DNA from: Candidatus Bathyarchaeota archaeon
Lineage (GTDB): Archaea > Thermoproteota > Bathyarchaeia > 40CM-2-53-6 > RBG-13-38-9
Assembly (NCBI GenBank): GCA_963807605.1
Contig: CAWECG010000003.1
Location: forward strand, 448,377 to 512,376
Direction of reading: 5' to 3'
Length of the DNA: 64,000 bases
The notes below the pieces were generated by a model, which worked only from the letters and a program-made list of their open reading frames with translations, did no database searches and was not told the DNA's origin. Made by a program: the position numbers and the translations under genes. This document shows positions 29,436 through 38,901 of the stretch, in pieces; within the stretch, counting starts at the first letter, position 1; each line of letters starts with the position of its first letter.

Positions 29436-29813
29436 TCAACAATCAGTTTTGCAGATAGCACAGTCTTTGAGAGAACGATCCCTTCGTCTGCAAAGTGGGC
29501 AGACCAATCCCTTCTTTCTGACCAGGTTGCAAGCCTCACACAGAGCTTGAACGAGTTGAGACCTAGAGATTTCTTTGCTGACAAGTCTGTTCGCTATCTT
29601 CGCAGTTAGGATTTGGATCTCTGGTATGTTTTCAAGATCTAAGGCTCTCCCTCTGACTTTCCTAATGTATTTGCTTATGGCTGCCTGTGTGATTCCAAGG
29701 AGTTTGGCTGCCTCTTTCTGTCTAAGACCATGTTCCTCAAGAAGCTTCTTGGCCAGAACTGCTCTCAAGGCCGGTGCCACTGATTTGACAACAGCTTCAC
29801 AGGGGACTGACAA
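29436..29813 (-). CDS. HTH transcriptional regulator with C-terminal Cys-rich metal-binding tail
   Basis: 125 aa with an HTH (QKEAAKLLGITQAAISKYI) and a C-terminus CEACNLV..CPLC..CAICKTDC (multiple C-x2-C pairs). Confidence 0.5.
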   Translation of the reverse strand: MSVPCEAVVKSVAPALRAVLAKKLLEEHGLRQKEAAKLLGITQAAISKYIRKVRGRALDLENIPEIQILTAKIANRLVSKEISRSQLVQALCEACNLVRKKGLVCPLCRRRDRSLKDCAICKTDC

Positions 29814-29937
29814 ATGTCACCACGAGGGGCTTTTGATAACGTAGTATATATGACATGTGTTATCTAACAGGTAAATAACCACATTATTCTTCTATCGAGA
29901 TTCGGAACATAACCGAGCTGTAACGGTAGAGTTCAGT

Positions 29938-30666
29938 ATGCCAGAAACGGGAGAGTTCGGTGGGAGTAAGCCAGTGAAAAAGGAAGAGCCCGTTCAGCAA
30001 GCCCTCAGAATACTCGGGATTCCCAGTTCTATCAACGTGAAGCTTGTGAAGAGCAAGAGAGTGGCGCCCTACGCAACTTTAGTATCTTACAGACAAAGTC
30101 AAGATGGAGAATCAAACCTAGAATATGTGATAGAGTATAGGAAGAATATGAAACCAGAGTTATTGAGACACGAACTCTGTCATCTTAAGCTTCATCTAAT
30201 GGGTCTGCCTGTGGTTGAGGTTGACGTAGGCTCGCCACCCAGTCTGCGAAGCCAAGTGCTTAGCACCCTACATGAAGACTACTATGCGAGCCTAATAATG
30301 CACCAGAAGTTCACGAAAGATTTCTTGTCGTCAATAATGAGAGACACGGGCAGTGGCGATCACGGCATACACCTCCATGATGAGGTCAACGATGATCTCC
30401 TCTCATGGTTACTCCAGAGATACGTCCTAAAAATTGCCGTACTTGAAGCTCTAGGATACAAGAATGAGGCCGAAACCAATAGAGAAGAAATAGAGCACTT
30501 GAAAGAGGAATCACATTTACAGCTTTACCTCTATCTGAACGCTATCTGTGAATATCTGAGTAGACTGCCGCCTCTGGATCCAAGTCTAAGGAAATTCACG
30601 GCTGAGGAGAAGGATTGCATCGGAAAAATAGTTGGAGCAATAAACGATGTTGAGATTTCTCTATGA
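29938..30666 (+). CDS. hypothetical protein with HExxH motif (putative metallopeptidase-like)
   Basis: 242 aa with LLRHELCHLKLH (HExxH) and a downstream His/Glu-rich region (HQKF...GDHGIHLHDE). Divergent from the upstream HTH regulator. Confidence 0.35.
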   Translation: MPETGEFGGSKPVKKEEPVQQALRILGIPSSINVKLVKSKRVAPYATLVSYRQSQDGESNLEYVIEYRKNMKPELLRHELCHLKLHLMGLPVVEVDVGSPPSLRSQVLSTLHEDYYASLIMHQKFTKDFLSSIMRDTGSGDHGIHLHDEVNDDLLSWLLQRYVLKIAVLEALGYKNEAETNREEIEHLKEESHLQLYLYLNAICEYLSRLPPLDPSLRKFTAEEKDCIGKIVGAINDVEISL

Positions 30667-30675
30667 GTCGCGGCT

Positions 30676-30879
30676 CTACTCTTTTACTTCAATGGCCTGT
30701 GTTGGACATTGTGTTTCACAAGCGCGGCAGACAATGCAGGAATCATTGTTCACAGGAACAGCTTTCGTTTCACCGTTGAAGTCAGGTTTATTCTGTAGCT
30801 CAAAGACTGAAACTGGGCAGACGCTGACACAAGTTCCATCCCCATTACATTTGGAAAAGTCTACTGTGACCTTTGGCAT
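30676..30879 (-). CDS. 2x[4Fe-4S] ferredoxin
   Basis: 67 aa with two cluster motifs: C-x6-C-x3-CP (CNGDGTCVSVCP) and C-x2-C-x2-C-x3-CP (CIVCRACETQCP). Confidence 0.75.
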   Translation of the reverse strand: MPKVTVDFSKCNGDGTCVSVCPVSVFELQNKPDFNGETKAVPVNNDSCIVCRACETQCPTQAIEVKE

Positions 30880-31007
30880 TATTACACCTCACAATTTTTG
30901 GCTCCAACAGTTCAGCATTATCTCTTATATAGTTTCCTTAAATGAGAGAAGTTTAATACTGCTTGAACTCATCTTAGCCAGCTCTTCCGGGTTAGAGAGC
31001 TTAATCG

Positions 31008-32234
31008 ATGAATCATGCGCAAGACTACAGAGAGATACGCAGAGGAGAATATGAGATGACAAGAAATCTTTCCGATAGATCGCTAGAGCTCAAACAGTCG
31101 GCCTTCGCGGAGTTCTTCGCAGAAGCAGTCGAGATGCAGCGTTCAGGAGAGGATGTAATACATCTACATGTTGGAGAACCTGACTTCAAGACTCCAAGAC
31201 ATATTGTGGAGGCAGCTCGATTAGCAATGGAAGAAGGTTTCACACATTACACTCCTCCGGGAGGATTCTACGAACTAAGAGAGACGATCTCAGAGAAACT
31301 AAAGAACGATAATGGAATAGAAGCGGATCCCTCGAGTGAGATTTGTGTTCTCTCTGGCGGCTACAGTGCGCTCTACTGCGCTTTTCAAGCACTCATCAAT
31401 CGAGGCGATGAGGTTATACTTCCTCAGCCTTGCCTGCCCCAATACTGGGGCGACATAGTCTTAGCGGGTGGCAAAGCAGTTTCCCTCAGACTGTGCAAGG
31501 AAAACCAGTTCAAACCGGATCTTGATGAACTCAAGTCAAAGGTCAGCGAGAAGTCTAAGGTACTTCTGTTAAACTCCCCCCAAAACCCGACCGGTTCAGT
31601 ATTAACTGAAAAGGACATGACAGGCATTGCGGACATTGTTGAAAGTAATAAGCTCTTCGTCATCTCCGACGAAGTCTACGAGAAGTTCATATACAACGGC
31701 CAAGGGCACATCAGCTTCGCAACTATACCTGGAATGACGGAGAGAACCCTAACCGTAAATTCCTTCTCCAAGACTTATGCGATGACTGGCTGGAGAGTGG
31801 GATATGCCGCGGGAAACAGCGAACTGATCGCCAAAATCCGCGCAATAAGTGAACATACCTGTTGGTGTCCTAACTCGATAGCACAGAAAGCCGCTATCGC
31901 CGCGTTGAAGGGCCCTCAAGAGTGCGTCAAAGAGATGGTTGAGGAATTTAGGAGAAGACGCGATCTAATAACAACCGGTCTCAACCAGATTGACGGGTTT
32001 AAATGCAATTCACCAGGAGGAGCCTTCTACGCATTCCCTGACATTGAAGAGGTCGGACTATCATCAATGGATTTGGCGCAGTCTCTCCTGAGGAAAGCGA
32101 AGGTCGCGGTCGTCCCCGGCATCGCCTTTGGGTCGGAAGGTGAGGGGAGCATTAGATTCTCTTTCGCAAACTCAAGAGAGCACATAAGCGAGGCGTTAGA
32201 ACGAATAAAGAAGACAGTGAAAGTCCTAGGTTGA
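31008..32234 (+). CDS. class I/II pyridoxal-phosphate-dependent aminotransferase (aspartate aminotransferase family)
   Basis: Fold-type I motifs, including the PLP lysine context SFSKTYAMTGWRVGY and N-terminal LHVGEPDF. The likely true start is the internal Met at ~31056. Confidence 0.8.
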   Translation: MNHAQDYREIRRGEYEMTRNLSDRSLELKQSAFAEFFAEAVEMQRSGEDVIHLHVGEPDFKTPRHIVEAARLAMEEGFTHYTPPGGFYELRETISEKLKNDNGIEADPSSEICVLSGGYSALYCAFQALINRGDEVILPQPCLPQYWGDIVLAGGKAVSLRLCKENQFKPDLDELKSKVSEKSKVLLLNSPQNPTGSVLTEKDMTGIADIVESNKLFVISDEVYEKFIYNGQGHISFATIPGMTERTLTVNSFSKTYAMTGWRVGYAAGNSELIAKIRAISEHTCWCPNSIAQKAAIAALKGPQECVKEMVEEFRRRRDLITTGLNQIDGFKCNSPGGAFYAFPDIEEVGLSSMDLAQSLLRKAKVAVVPGIAFGSEGEGSIRFSFANSREHISEALERIKKTVKVLG

Positions 32235-32238
32235 GTCA

Positions 32239-33492
32239 TCAGGCCTTAATCAAAGCCCGATGCTCCATCTTCATCTGACCAAATAATTCTTTATTGGCAA
32301 AGAGATCAATACAGGTAAGCGCCATTGCTTTAGTTGCTAATATCAAAGCCTGATCTCCACTCTCAGAGACTGACGCGTCCGCAAACTCATGGGAGTGGAT
32401 CGCTATGCCTTTCTTTCCAAGAGAGATTAGCGGATGTATAGCCGGAACGACTTGGCTAACGTTTCCGATGTCTGAGGATCCTAGATGCTCATGCTCGTCA
32501 AGCTCTTGTACGACTCCGCCGAGTTCGATTAGATTTCTCTCGAAGACTTGGGAAAGAACTTCATTCGTTAACATGTTTGCCAGACTGTATGAGCTTGGCT
32601 CAAAGTTCAGGCTTGCGCCGGTCGCTAGTGAAGCTCCTTCAGCGCAATTTTTCACCTTTGTCAGGACCTCGCCAAGATAATTCTTATCTGATGCTCTCAA
32701 GTAAAAAAGGGCCGACGCTTTTTCGGGAACGATATTGGGGGCATCGCCACCTTCCGTTACGATGCCGTGGATCCTGACATCACTGCGAAGGTGCTGCCTC
32801 AGAGCATTTATGCCATTAAATGTCAGAATGATTGCGTCGAGAGCGTTGATGCCTTTCTCTGGAGAGGCTGCAGCATGGGCTGGCCTTCCGCGAAAGATCA
32901 TCTTGACCGGGGTGAGTGCAAGAAAACGCGGCTCCAAGGTTGTCTTGACATAAGGATGGATCATCAACACTGCATCAACATCTTTGAAGCAGCCGGCCTC
33001 AACCATCTTCACTTTTCCTCTAATCTGAGATTCCACATCAACCAATTCTTTTCCAGGCGCAGTTGCGCCCTCCTCGTTGGGTGTGCCAAACACGACAAGG
33101 CGACCCCCAATGTCGCTTATTAGGCCAGATAATGCCATCGCTGCCCCGATCGCGCTGGCGGCTATAATGTTGTGACCGCAGCCATGACCGAGTGTCGGCA
33201 GTGAGTCGTACTCGGCTATGAGACCAACAGTAGGTTCTCCGAGGTTGCCTTTGTAGGCTTTAAAGGCTGTTGCAAGACCTGCCACACACCTCTCAATTGA
33301 AAAGCCGTACTTCTTCAATTCGGTCGTCAGAAGTTCTGCGGCCTTGAATTCTGAGAGGCCAAGTTCTGGGTTCTTGAAGATCTCGTGGCTGATTTGCAAA
33401 ATCCTTGGTGTCAGAAGATCTATTCTTTGCTTAATGAGACTCTTCGTCGCGACGACATTCCAAGATGGCAAGTGTAATCCTCCTAAAGACAC
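32239..33492 (-). CDS. M20-family amidohydrolase (aminoacylase/hippurate hydrolase type)
   Basis: 417 aa with the metal-binding signature GHGCGHN plus downstream conserved Glu/His residues typical of M20D. Confidence 0.75.
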   Translation of the reverse strand: MSLGGLHLPSWNVVATKSLIKQRIDLLTPRILQISHEIFKNPELGLSEFKAAELLTTELKKYGFSIERCVAGLATAFKAYKGNLGEPTVGLIAEYDSLPTLGHGCGHNIIAASAIGAAMALSGLISDIGGRLVVFGTPNEEGATAPGKELVDVESQIRGKVKMVEAGCFKDVDAVLMIHPYVKTTLEPRFLALTPVKMIFRGRPAHAAASPEKGINALDAIILTFNGINALRQHLRSDVRIHGIVTEGGDAPNIVPEKASALFYLRASDKNYLGEVLTKVKNCAEGASLATGASLNFEPSSYSLANMLTNEVLSQVFERNLIELGGVVQELDEHEHLGSSDIGNVSQVVPAIHPLISLGKKGIAIHSHEFADASVSESGDQALILATKAMALTCIDLFANKELFGQMKMEHRALIKA

Positions 33493-33924
33493 GTTTACTG
33501 ATCTGGCCTGAGGGCTTGTGTTGCCTCAACCGCTCTTGTTTGGTTAGCAACGGCCCCCGAGTAGCCAACGTTACCTGCGTTAGCAGTCCTGATGAAGCCT
33601 TGTTGTGAGGGTCGGATTTCGTCTTTCTTTTCAGTGAACGTTTGAACCACCAGTTTATCATCCTGCAAAACTGTTCTGATATAAAGATAGCCTAAACAAA
33701 ATCATGACAGCGAATAGTCTGATGATTGGGCTATTTCTGCCAAATCATCGTGAACGTTGTAGAAGAATAAAGTTGTTTTTATGCTTATAACACGCCAGAA
33801 GATATCCTCAAATCAGGTCCTTATGAAGCCAAGCGGAAATATTCTATTGGAAAGCAGATTACGGCCAAGTGCGCTTTCTGTCAGAATTGCGAACTGAAAT
33901 ATCCATGGGATCGGTCGATAATAC

Positions 33925-34370
33925 TTGAACAGAATACAAAATATTTGTCGAAGAACCATGCACCAGACTAATGAGAATTTGAAGTCCGCATTAACTGGTG
34001 AGTCGCAAGCCAACATGCGGTACATTATGTTTTCTGAAGTCGCCAAGCGAGAGGGATACGGCGAGCTTGCAAGTCATTTCAGAAGGACAACTGAAGAGGA
34101 GACAAAACATGCAAGAGCGCTGTTCGAGATGCTGTATCCACAGATATCCGCCAAGGACGCGTTGAAGATGGCTCTTGAGATCGAAACGCTTGAGACTAGA
34201 AGGTATTCAGAATATGCGGTAACAGCTGAGGAGGGAAGGTTCCTGATGCATCTGAACTCAAGAGGTTACTTAATGAAGCCAAGAAACATCTCGAAGAGTG
34301 CGTTGCAGCCGAGAAAGAACATTCAGAAGCCGCCAAGAAAGGCCTTGAGTTACTGTTTCCAGGAGTATGA
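33925..34370 (+). CDS. rubrerythrin-like ferritin-fold diiron protein (frameshifted near 34230)
   Basis: The N-half has E..E..Y and E..H helices (GESQANMRY..; EEETKHA), and the third helix ends ..ETRRYSEYAVTAEEG. The fourth E..H helix (AAEKEHSEAAKKGLELL) lies in the adjacent frame. The shift is at a gg/ggg run in 'gaggagggaagg'. Confidence 0.6.
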
Positions 34371-34594
34371 GCAAACTCGTACGCTTAGAAAGCTACAGTC
34401 TCGCCTTGAATAAGCGCGCGCCTAAATGATGGCAACCACAAACGAGATCATTTTTCAAGCAATGCACTAGATCCTTAGAACAACGTTCAGTATTGTTTCA
34501 GAATGACGTATACAATAAGCAAACTTAAGTAGAACACTCCATCGTCATCAGGAATAACTCGTATGAATCCAGTCAAACCAGTGGTGATGGTCTG

Positions 34595-35149
34595 ATGTAT
34601 GAAGTCAGATGGCACGGTAGAGCAGGTCAAGGGGTAATTACGATTAGTCGCCTTCTAGGCTTGGCTGCCATGTTGGAAGGTAAGCACATCCAAGCCTTCC
34701 CCGAATTTGGACCAGAACGGATTGGTGCTCCAATGTCAGGTTTCACGAGAATGTCTGACAAGCCGATTGAAATTCATAACAAGATCTACAACCCGGATGC
34801 TGTCATAGTCTTGGATCCAACTTTGTTTGCTTTTGTCAATGTGAGTGACGGGCTGAAATCGAATGGGAGTCTCCTTGTCAATACCACTGAAGCTCCAAAG
34901 CAAGTTCTGACCAGACTGGGGCTTAAGGGTCCATCATGTTTTTGTGTCGATGCAACAGGAATCTCACTCAAGATCCTGAAGAGCACAAGGGGATTCAACA
35001 CAGTGATGCTGGGTGCATTTGCTAAAGCAACTGATGTAGTTTCAATGGACTCCGTTAGAGAAGCTGTTAGATCACGATTCTCGGGAGAACTGCTTGAGAA
35101 GAACTTGGAGTTATTGGCAAGCGGAAATCAAGAGGTAGTTACTTTATGA
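34595..35149 (+). CDS. porG: pyruvate/2-oxoacid:ferredoxin oxidoreductase gamma subunit
   Basis: 184 aa; the N-terminus MYEVRWHGRAGQGVITISRLLG is typical of the POR/VOR gamma subunit. First gene of a four-gene coupled operon. Confidence 0.8.
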   Translation: MYEVRWHGRAGQGVITISRLLGLAAMLEGKHIQAFPEFGPERIGAPMSGFTRMSDKPIEIHNKIYNPDAVIVLDPTLFAFVNVSDGLKSNGSLLVNTTEAPKQVLTRLGLKGPSCFCVDATGISLKILKSTRGFNTVMLGAFAKATDVVSMDSVREAVRSRFSGELLEKNLELLASGNQEVVTL

Positions 35150-35484
35150 GTCAGAAGGAAAGTCTGAGCGAACGAATGAAACTCAGCTGGAAAGATATGC
35201 CCATTGGGGGCGTTATGTTCGAACCCGGTTCCACTGTCGAATATAAGACAGGAGCATGGAGGGTACAAAAGAAACCACTCATAGATCAGGATAAGTGCAT
35301 TCGATGCTTAATATGTTGGATCGTATGTCCCGACGTTTCCATTGAACGCCTACCGAAATCCTACAAGAAGTACACAGAGAGCGTTAGAGTAGACTATGAA
35401 CACTGCAAAGGTTGCGGCATCTGTTCTGCTGAATGCCCCGTAGACGCTATTGAGATGGTGGAGGAATCAAAGGTTGTACCGTAA
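35146..35484 (+). CDS. porD: pyruvate/2-oxoacid:ferredoxin oxidoreductase delta subunit (2x[4Fe-4S])
   Basis: 112 aa with CIRCLICWIVCP and CKGCGICSAECP; overlaps porG by 4 nt. Confidence 0.8.
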   Translation: MSQKESLSERMKLSWKDMPIGGVMFEPGSTVEYKTGAWRVQKKPLIDQDKCIRCLICWIVCPDVSIERLPKSYKKYTESVRVDYEHCKGCGICSAECPVDAIEMVEESKVVP

Positions 35485-36745
35485 GAAAAGCGAATTCACA
35501 GCTGAAGGAATCATTCCCTACTCGGGGGAAGGAGACACTGTCACAATAACAGGAGGAGCAGTATGCACCCAAGTGGGCTGCGCTTACACAGGTGATGAAG
35601 CTGTCGCATACGCAGCCAAACAGTCTGATGTTGATGTCGTCGCTGCTTACCCAATCACGCCTCAAACCATCATTGTGGAGAGATTCAGTGAATATGTTGC
35701 AAACGGTGAAGTTGACACAAAATTTATGGCTGTAGAGTCTGAGCACTCTGCAATGTCTGCTTGTGTTGGATCGAGTCTGGCAGGTGCGCGAGTATTCACA
35801 TCGACCGCCAGCCAAGGACTGGCCTTGATGCATGAAGTCCTCTACCTAGCATCCGGCCTCCGATCCCCTATCGTTATGGCCGTTGTCAATCGAGCCCTCT
35901 CAGCGCCGATCAACATACATGGAGATCACAGTGATATGATGGGCTCACGAGATTGTGGGTGGATCCAAATATATGCTGAGAATGCCCAAGAAGCCTACGA
36001 CTGTACCATACAAGCATTCAAGATAGCCGAGGACACTCGTGTCCAACTTCCAGTAAGCGTTAATCTCGACGGCTTTTTCGTTTCGCATGCAACAGAGAGC
36101 ATGAAAGTCATAGCTGATGAGGCAGTTACCCGATTTCTCCCCCCCAGAAAGCCCCTCTTCAAGGTAGATCCAACAGTACCATTATCCGTAGGTGGAATGA
36201 TGTTGCCCGAATATTATTATGAAGTAAAACGTCAGCAAGAGGAGGCGCTCCGTCTTTCAAAACCGGTTGTAAGTAGTATCGGGAAAGAGTATGGAGAATT
36301 GACTGGAAGACGATACGGCCTTATGGAGACCTACGGGCTTGAGGATGCTGACGCAGCCATAATCGCCTTGGGAAGTACTTGTGGAACTGTCCGGTCAGTC
36401 GCAAAGCAGCTCAGGGCTAAGGGCAAGAAAGTTGGAGCAATCAAACTATGGGTGTACAGGCCTTTTCCCATTGAGGAGTTCCTCTCCAGTGTAGAGGATC
36501 TTAAGGCACTCACGGTATTGGATCGAGCTATTAGCTTTGGAGCTCCCTACGGTGCCTTATGCAGTGACATAGCGTCCGCCCTACAAAACACTGGAAGCGA
36601 CTTGAAGGTGCTTAACATGATTTACGGTCTTGGAGGACGTGACATACCCACCTCAACAATCGAGCAGGTCTTTGAGGATACGCTTGAAACTGCAAAGACG
36701 CGTAAAGTAAGTGGGCGCATCAAGTTCTTGGATGTGAGAGAGTAA
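35450..36745 (+). CDS. porA: pyruvate/2-oxoacid:ferredoxin oxidoreductase alpha subunit
   Basis: The alpha-subunit core (AYAAKQSDVDVVAAYPITPQT.. ; domains I-II) is present. The track start overlaps porD, so the real start is probably an internal start after ~35490. Confidence 0.85.
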   Translation: MRWWRNQRLYRKKSEFTAEGIIPYSGEGDTVTITGGAVCTQVGCAYTGDEAVAYAAKQSDVDVVAAYPITPQTIIVERFSEYVANGEVDTKFMAVESEHSAMSACVGSSLAGARVFTSTASQGLALMHEVLYLASGLRSPIVMAVVNRALSAPINIHGDHSDMMGSRDCGWIQIYAENAQEAYDCTIQAFKIAEDTRVQLPVSVNLDGFFVSHATESMKVIADEAVTRFLPPRKPLFKVDPTVPLSVGGMMLPEYYYEVKRQQEEALRLSKPVVSSIGKEYGELTGRRYGLMETYGLEDADAAIIALGSTCGTVRSVAKQLRAKGKKVGAIKLWVYRPFPIEEFLSSVEDLKALTVLDRAISFGAPYGALCSDIASALQNTGSDLKVLNMIYGLGGRDIPTSTIEQVFEDTLETAKTRKVSGRIKFLDVRE

Positions 36746-37680
36746 TGGTTGCACTAAAAGATCTGTCGAAAGAGGAACTCTACGCTCCAGGCCACAGACT
36801 CTGCGCGGGATGCGGGCCATCAATATCTGTCAGGATGGCGCTCAAGGCAACGAGGGGTCCAACCGCAGTTGTCAACGCAACGGGCTGTGTCGAAGTCTCC
36901 ACCACTATATTCCCCTACACTGCCTGGAGGATCCCATGGGTACATGCCCTCTTCGAGAACGCCGCCGCAGTTGCCAGCGGTCTAGAATACGGCTACGAAG
37001 CACTAGAGAAACGTGGCGAGAGAAAGGGCAAGGTCGATGTAATAGCTCTCGGAGGTGACGGGGGAACCTTTGACATAGGGATCCAAGCACTCTCAGGTAT
37101 GCTTGAGAGAGGTCATGACATTGTCTACATATGTTATGATAATGAGGCTTACATGAATACGGGGATCCAACGTTCGGGTGCTACTCCAAGAGGTGCCGCA
37201 ACTACGACAACCCCGGCTGGGAAGGTTATACCTGGCAAGAGGGAGAACAAGAAGGACCTAGCGGGCATCTGTGCAGCTCATGGGATAAGTTACGTAGCGA
37301 CAGCCTCGATAGGCTTTTTCAGTGACTATATCGAAAAGGTGAAGAAAGCAATTGAAGTGGATGGACCCGCTGTCATACACGTCCTAGCTCCCTGCCCGCT
37401 CGGCTGGCGCTCAAACCCCACAGATACGATAAAGCTGGCAAAGATGGTGGTGCAAACAGGATTGTTTCCGATCTATGAGATTATAAACGGGCAATACAAG
37501 ATGAGCCTTAAACCGGGCAAGCTTGTCCCGATTGAAGAATACTTTAAGCTTCAGGGAAGATTCTCTCACCTCTTGAAACCAGAATCCAAAGACGAACTCG
37601 AAGCGATAAAGCGAGAGGTTGAGAAGAACTACAATAGAGTTCTAAGATTAGCTGGCGAGCAGACCACCCCATCAAAATAG
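36745..37680 (+). CDS. porB: pyruvate/2-oxoacid:ferredoxin oxidoreductase beta subunit (TPP-binding)
   Basis: 311 aa with a Cys cluster (CAGCG) and a TPP motif (GGDGGTFDIG...YDNEAYMNTG). Confidence 0.85.
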   Translation: MVALKDLSKEELYAPGHRLCAGCGPSISVRMALKATRGPTAVVNATGCVEVSTTIFPYTAWRIPWVHALFENAAAVASGLEYGYEALEKRGERKGKVDVIALGGDGGTFDIGIQALSGMLERGHDIVYICYDNEAYMNTGIQRSGATPRGAATTTTPAGKVIPGKRENKKDLAGICAAHGISYVATASIGFFSDYIEKVKKAIEVDGPAVIHVLAPCPLGWRSNPTDTIKLAKMVVQTGLFPIYEIINGQYKMSLKPGKLVPIEEYFKLQGRFSHLLKPESKDELEAIKREVEKNYNRVLRLAGEQTTPSK

Positions 37681-37910
37681 TCCAATAGGCATATTACGTA
37701 GCGTTTTGTTAACTTAGTCTAGCTTGGCTCGCGCGCGCTGTGGTCCGGATATCAAGTCAACCAGAAGGGAATCTGTCAGGCGATCGCTTTGAATAAGTGA
37801 GATCGTGGATTACATGAGGCATAAGTTGATGTCCGCGCCTCAACTGCCCAAGTTTATTTTTATATTTTGGATGCTATACTGACCAGTTAAGCGAATCGAA
37901 GGCAAATAGT

Positions 37911-38258
37911 ATGGGGCATGACATAAGAGAGGTAGAGTCTGGAGACCTGGTGGCTAAGAAGGCACTGCTGGCTGACTTGGTAGTCTATCAAAAGGGGTCT
38001 GTGGTAAGCAGGACAATAATCGACAAGGATTCGGGAACAGTGACACTATTCGCTTTCGATCAAGACCAAGGATTAAGTGAACACACGGCGCCGTTTGATG
38101 CTCTGATCAACATTCTTGATGGTGAGGCTGAAGTCATCATTTCTAGTAAAGCCTATCGTTTAAAGGAAGGCGAAATGATCATCATGCCCGCCAATGAGCC
38201 ACATGCACTAAGAGCCGCAAAGAAATTCAAAATGATATTGACTATGATAAGGTCTTGA
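37911..38258 (+). CDS. cupin-domain protein
   Basis: 115-aa small cupin barrel (GTVTLFAFDQDQGLSEHTAPFDALINILDGEAEVII ... MPANEPHAL). Confidence 0.6.
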   Translation: MGHDIREVESGDLVAKKALLADLVVYQKGSVVSRTIIDKDSGTVTLFAFDQDQGLSEHTAPFDALINILDGEAEVIISSKAYRLKEGEMIIMPANEPHALRAAKKFKMILTMIRS

Positions 38259-38318
38259 GTCTATCACTGCCCAGTTGCTTGAGGATTCTATTAGGCCTTT
38301 GATTTTTGACGTTCTAAT

Positions 38319-38849
38319 ATGTCTCGGATCTCATTCAGAGCCGCTTCGATTGTAAGAGGCATAACACGCGCGCTAACACAATTATACATATTAAACATTT
38401 CTTGGCAGTACTATAATTTGGAGAAGATCAATTTGCCATCTGAAGGTGTCTGCAGGTTCAGCGTATCGGCTCCTAGAAGCCTTGTTGAAGAATTTGACTC
38501 TGTCATCAAGAAGATAGGTTACGATAGGTCAAAAGCGATCCAAGCTGCAATGCGTATATTCCTAAACGATTACAAATGGACACATGACGTTGGAGGCAAT
38601 ATAGCTGGAGGTCTCGTAATGATCTACGACCACGAGATTCAAGGTTTGGAAGAAGACCTGACGGATGTCCAACACCGCTACCAGAACATAATCAGTTCGA
38701 CCACACATGTACATCTCGATGAACGTCACTGCCTTGAGATAATCCCGCTTAAAGGAGAGGCAAAACTCGCCAAGAAGCTGTCTGAGGAGATCATGACGAA
38801 AAGGGGAGTCAAACAGAGCAGGTTAGTGGCGATTACACAATCAACCTGA
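38319..38849 (+). CDS. nikR: nickel-responsive regulator NikR (RHH plus ACT-like Ni-binding domain)
   Basis: Collinear with NikR: an RHH domain (RFSVSAPRSLVEEFDSVIKKIGYDRSKAIQAAMRIFL) and the Ni site HVHLDERHC (H-x-H-x5-C). The likely real start is the TTG at 38433, as the track N-terminal extension has no counterpart. A TATA-like 'ctataatt' lies at 38412-38419. Confidence 0.85.
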   Translation: MSRISFRAASIVRGITRALTQLYILNISWQYYNLEKINLPSEGVCRFSVSAPRSLVEEFDSVIKKIGYDRSKAIQAAMRIFLNDYKWTHDVGGNIAGGLVMIYDHEIQGLEEDLTDVQHRYQNIISSTTHVHLDERHCLEIIPLKGEAKLAKKLSEEIMTKRGVKQSRLVAITQST

Positions 38850-38901
38850 TCTTCTTTATGTCGTGCGCGTCAAAGCGTCGAATGGAGCGCATGTATTTCT
38901 G

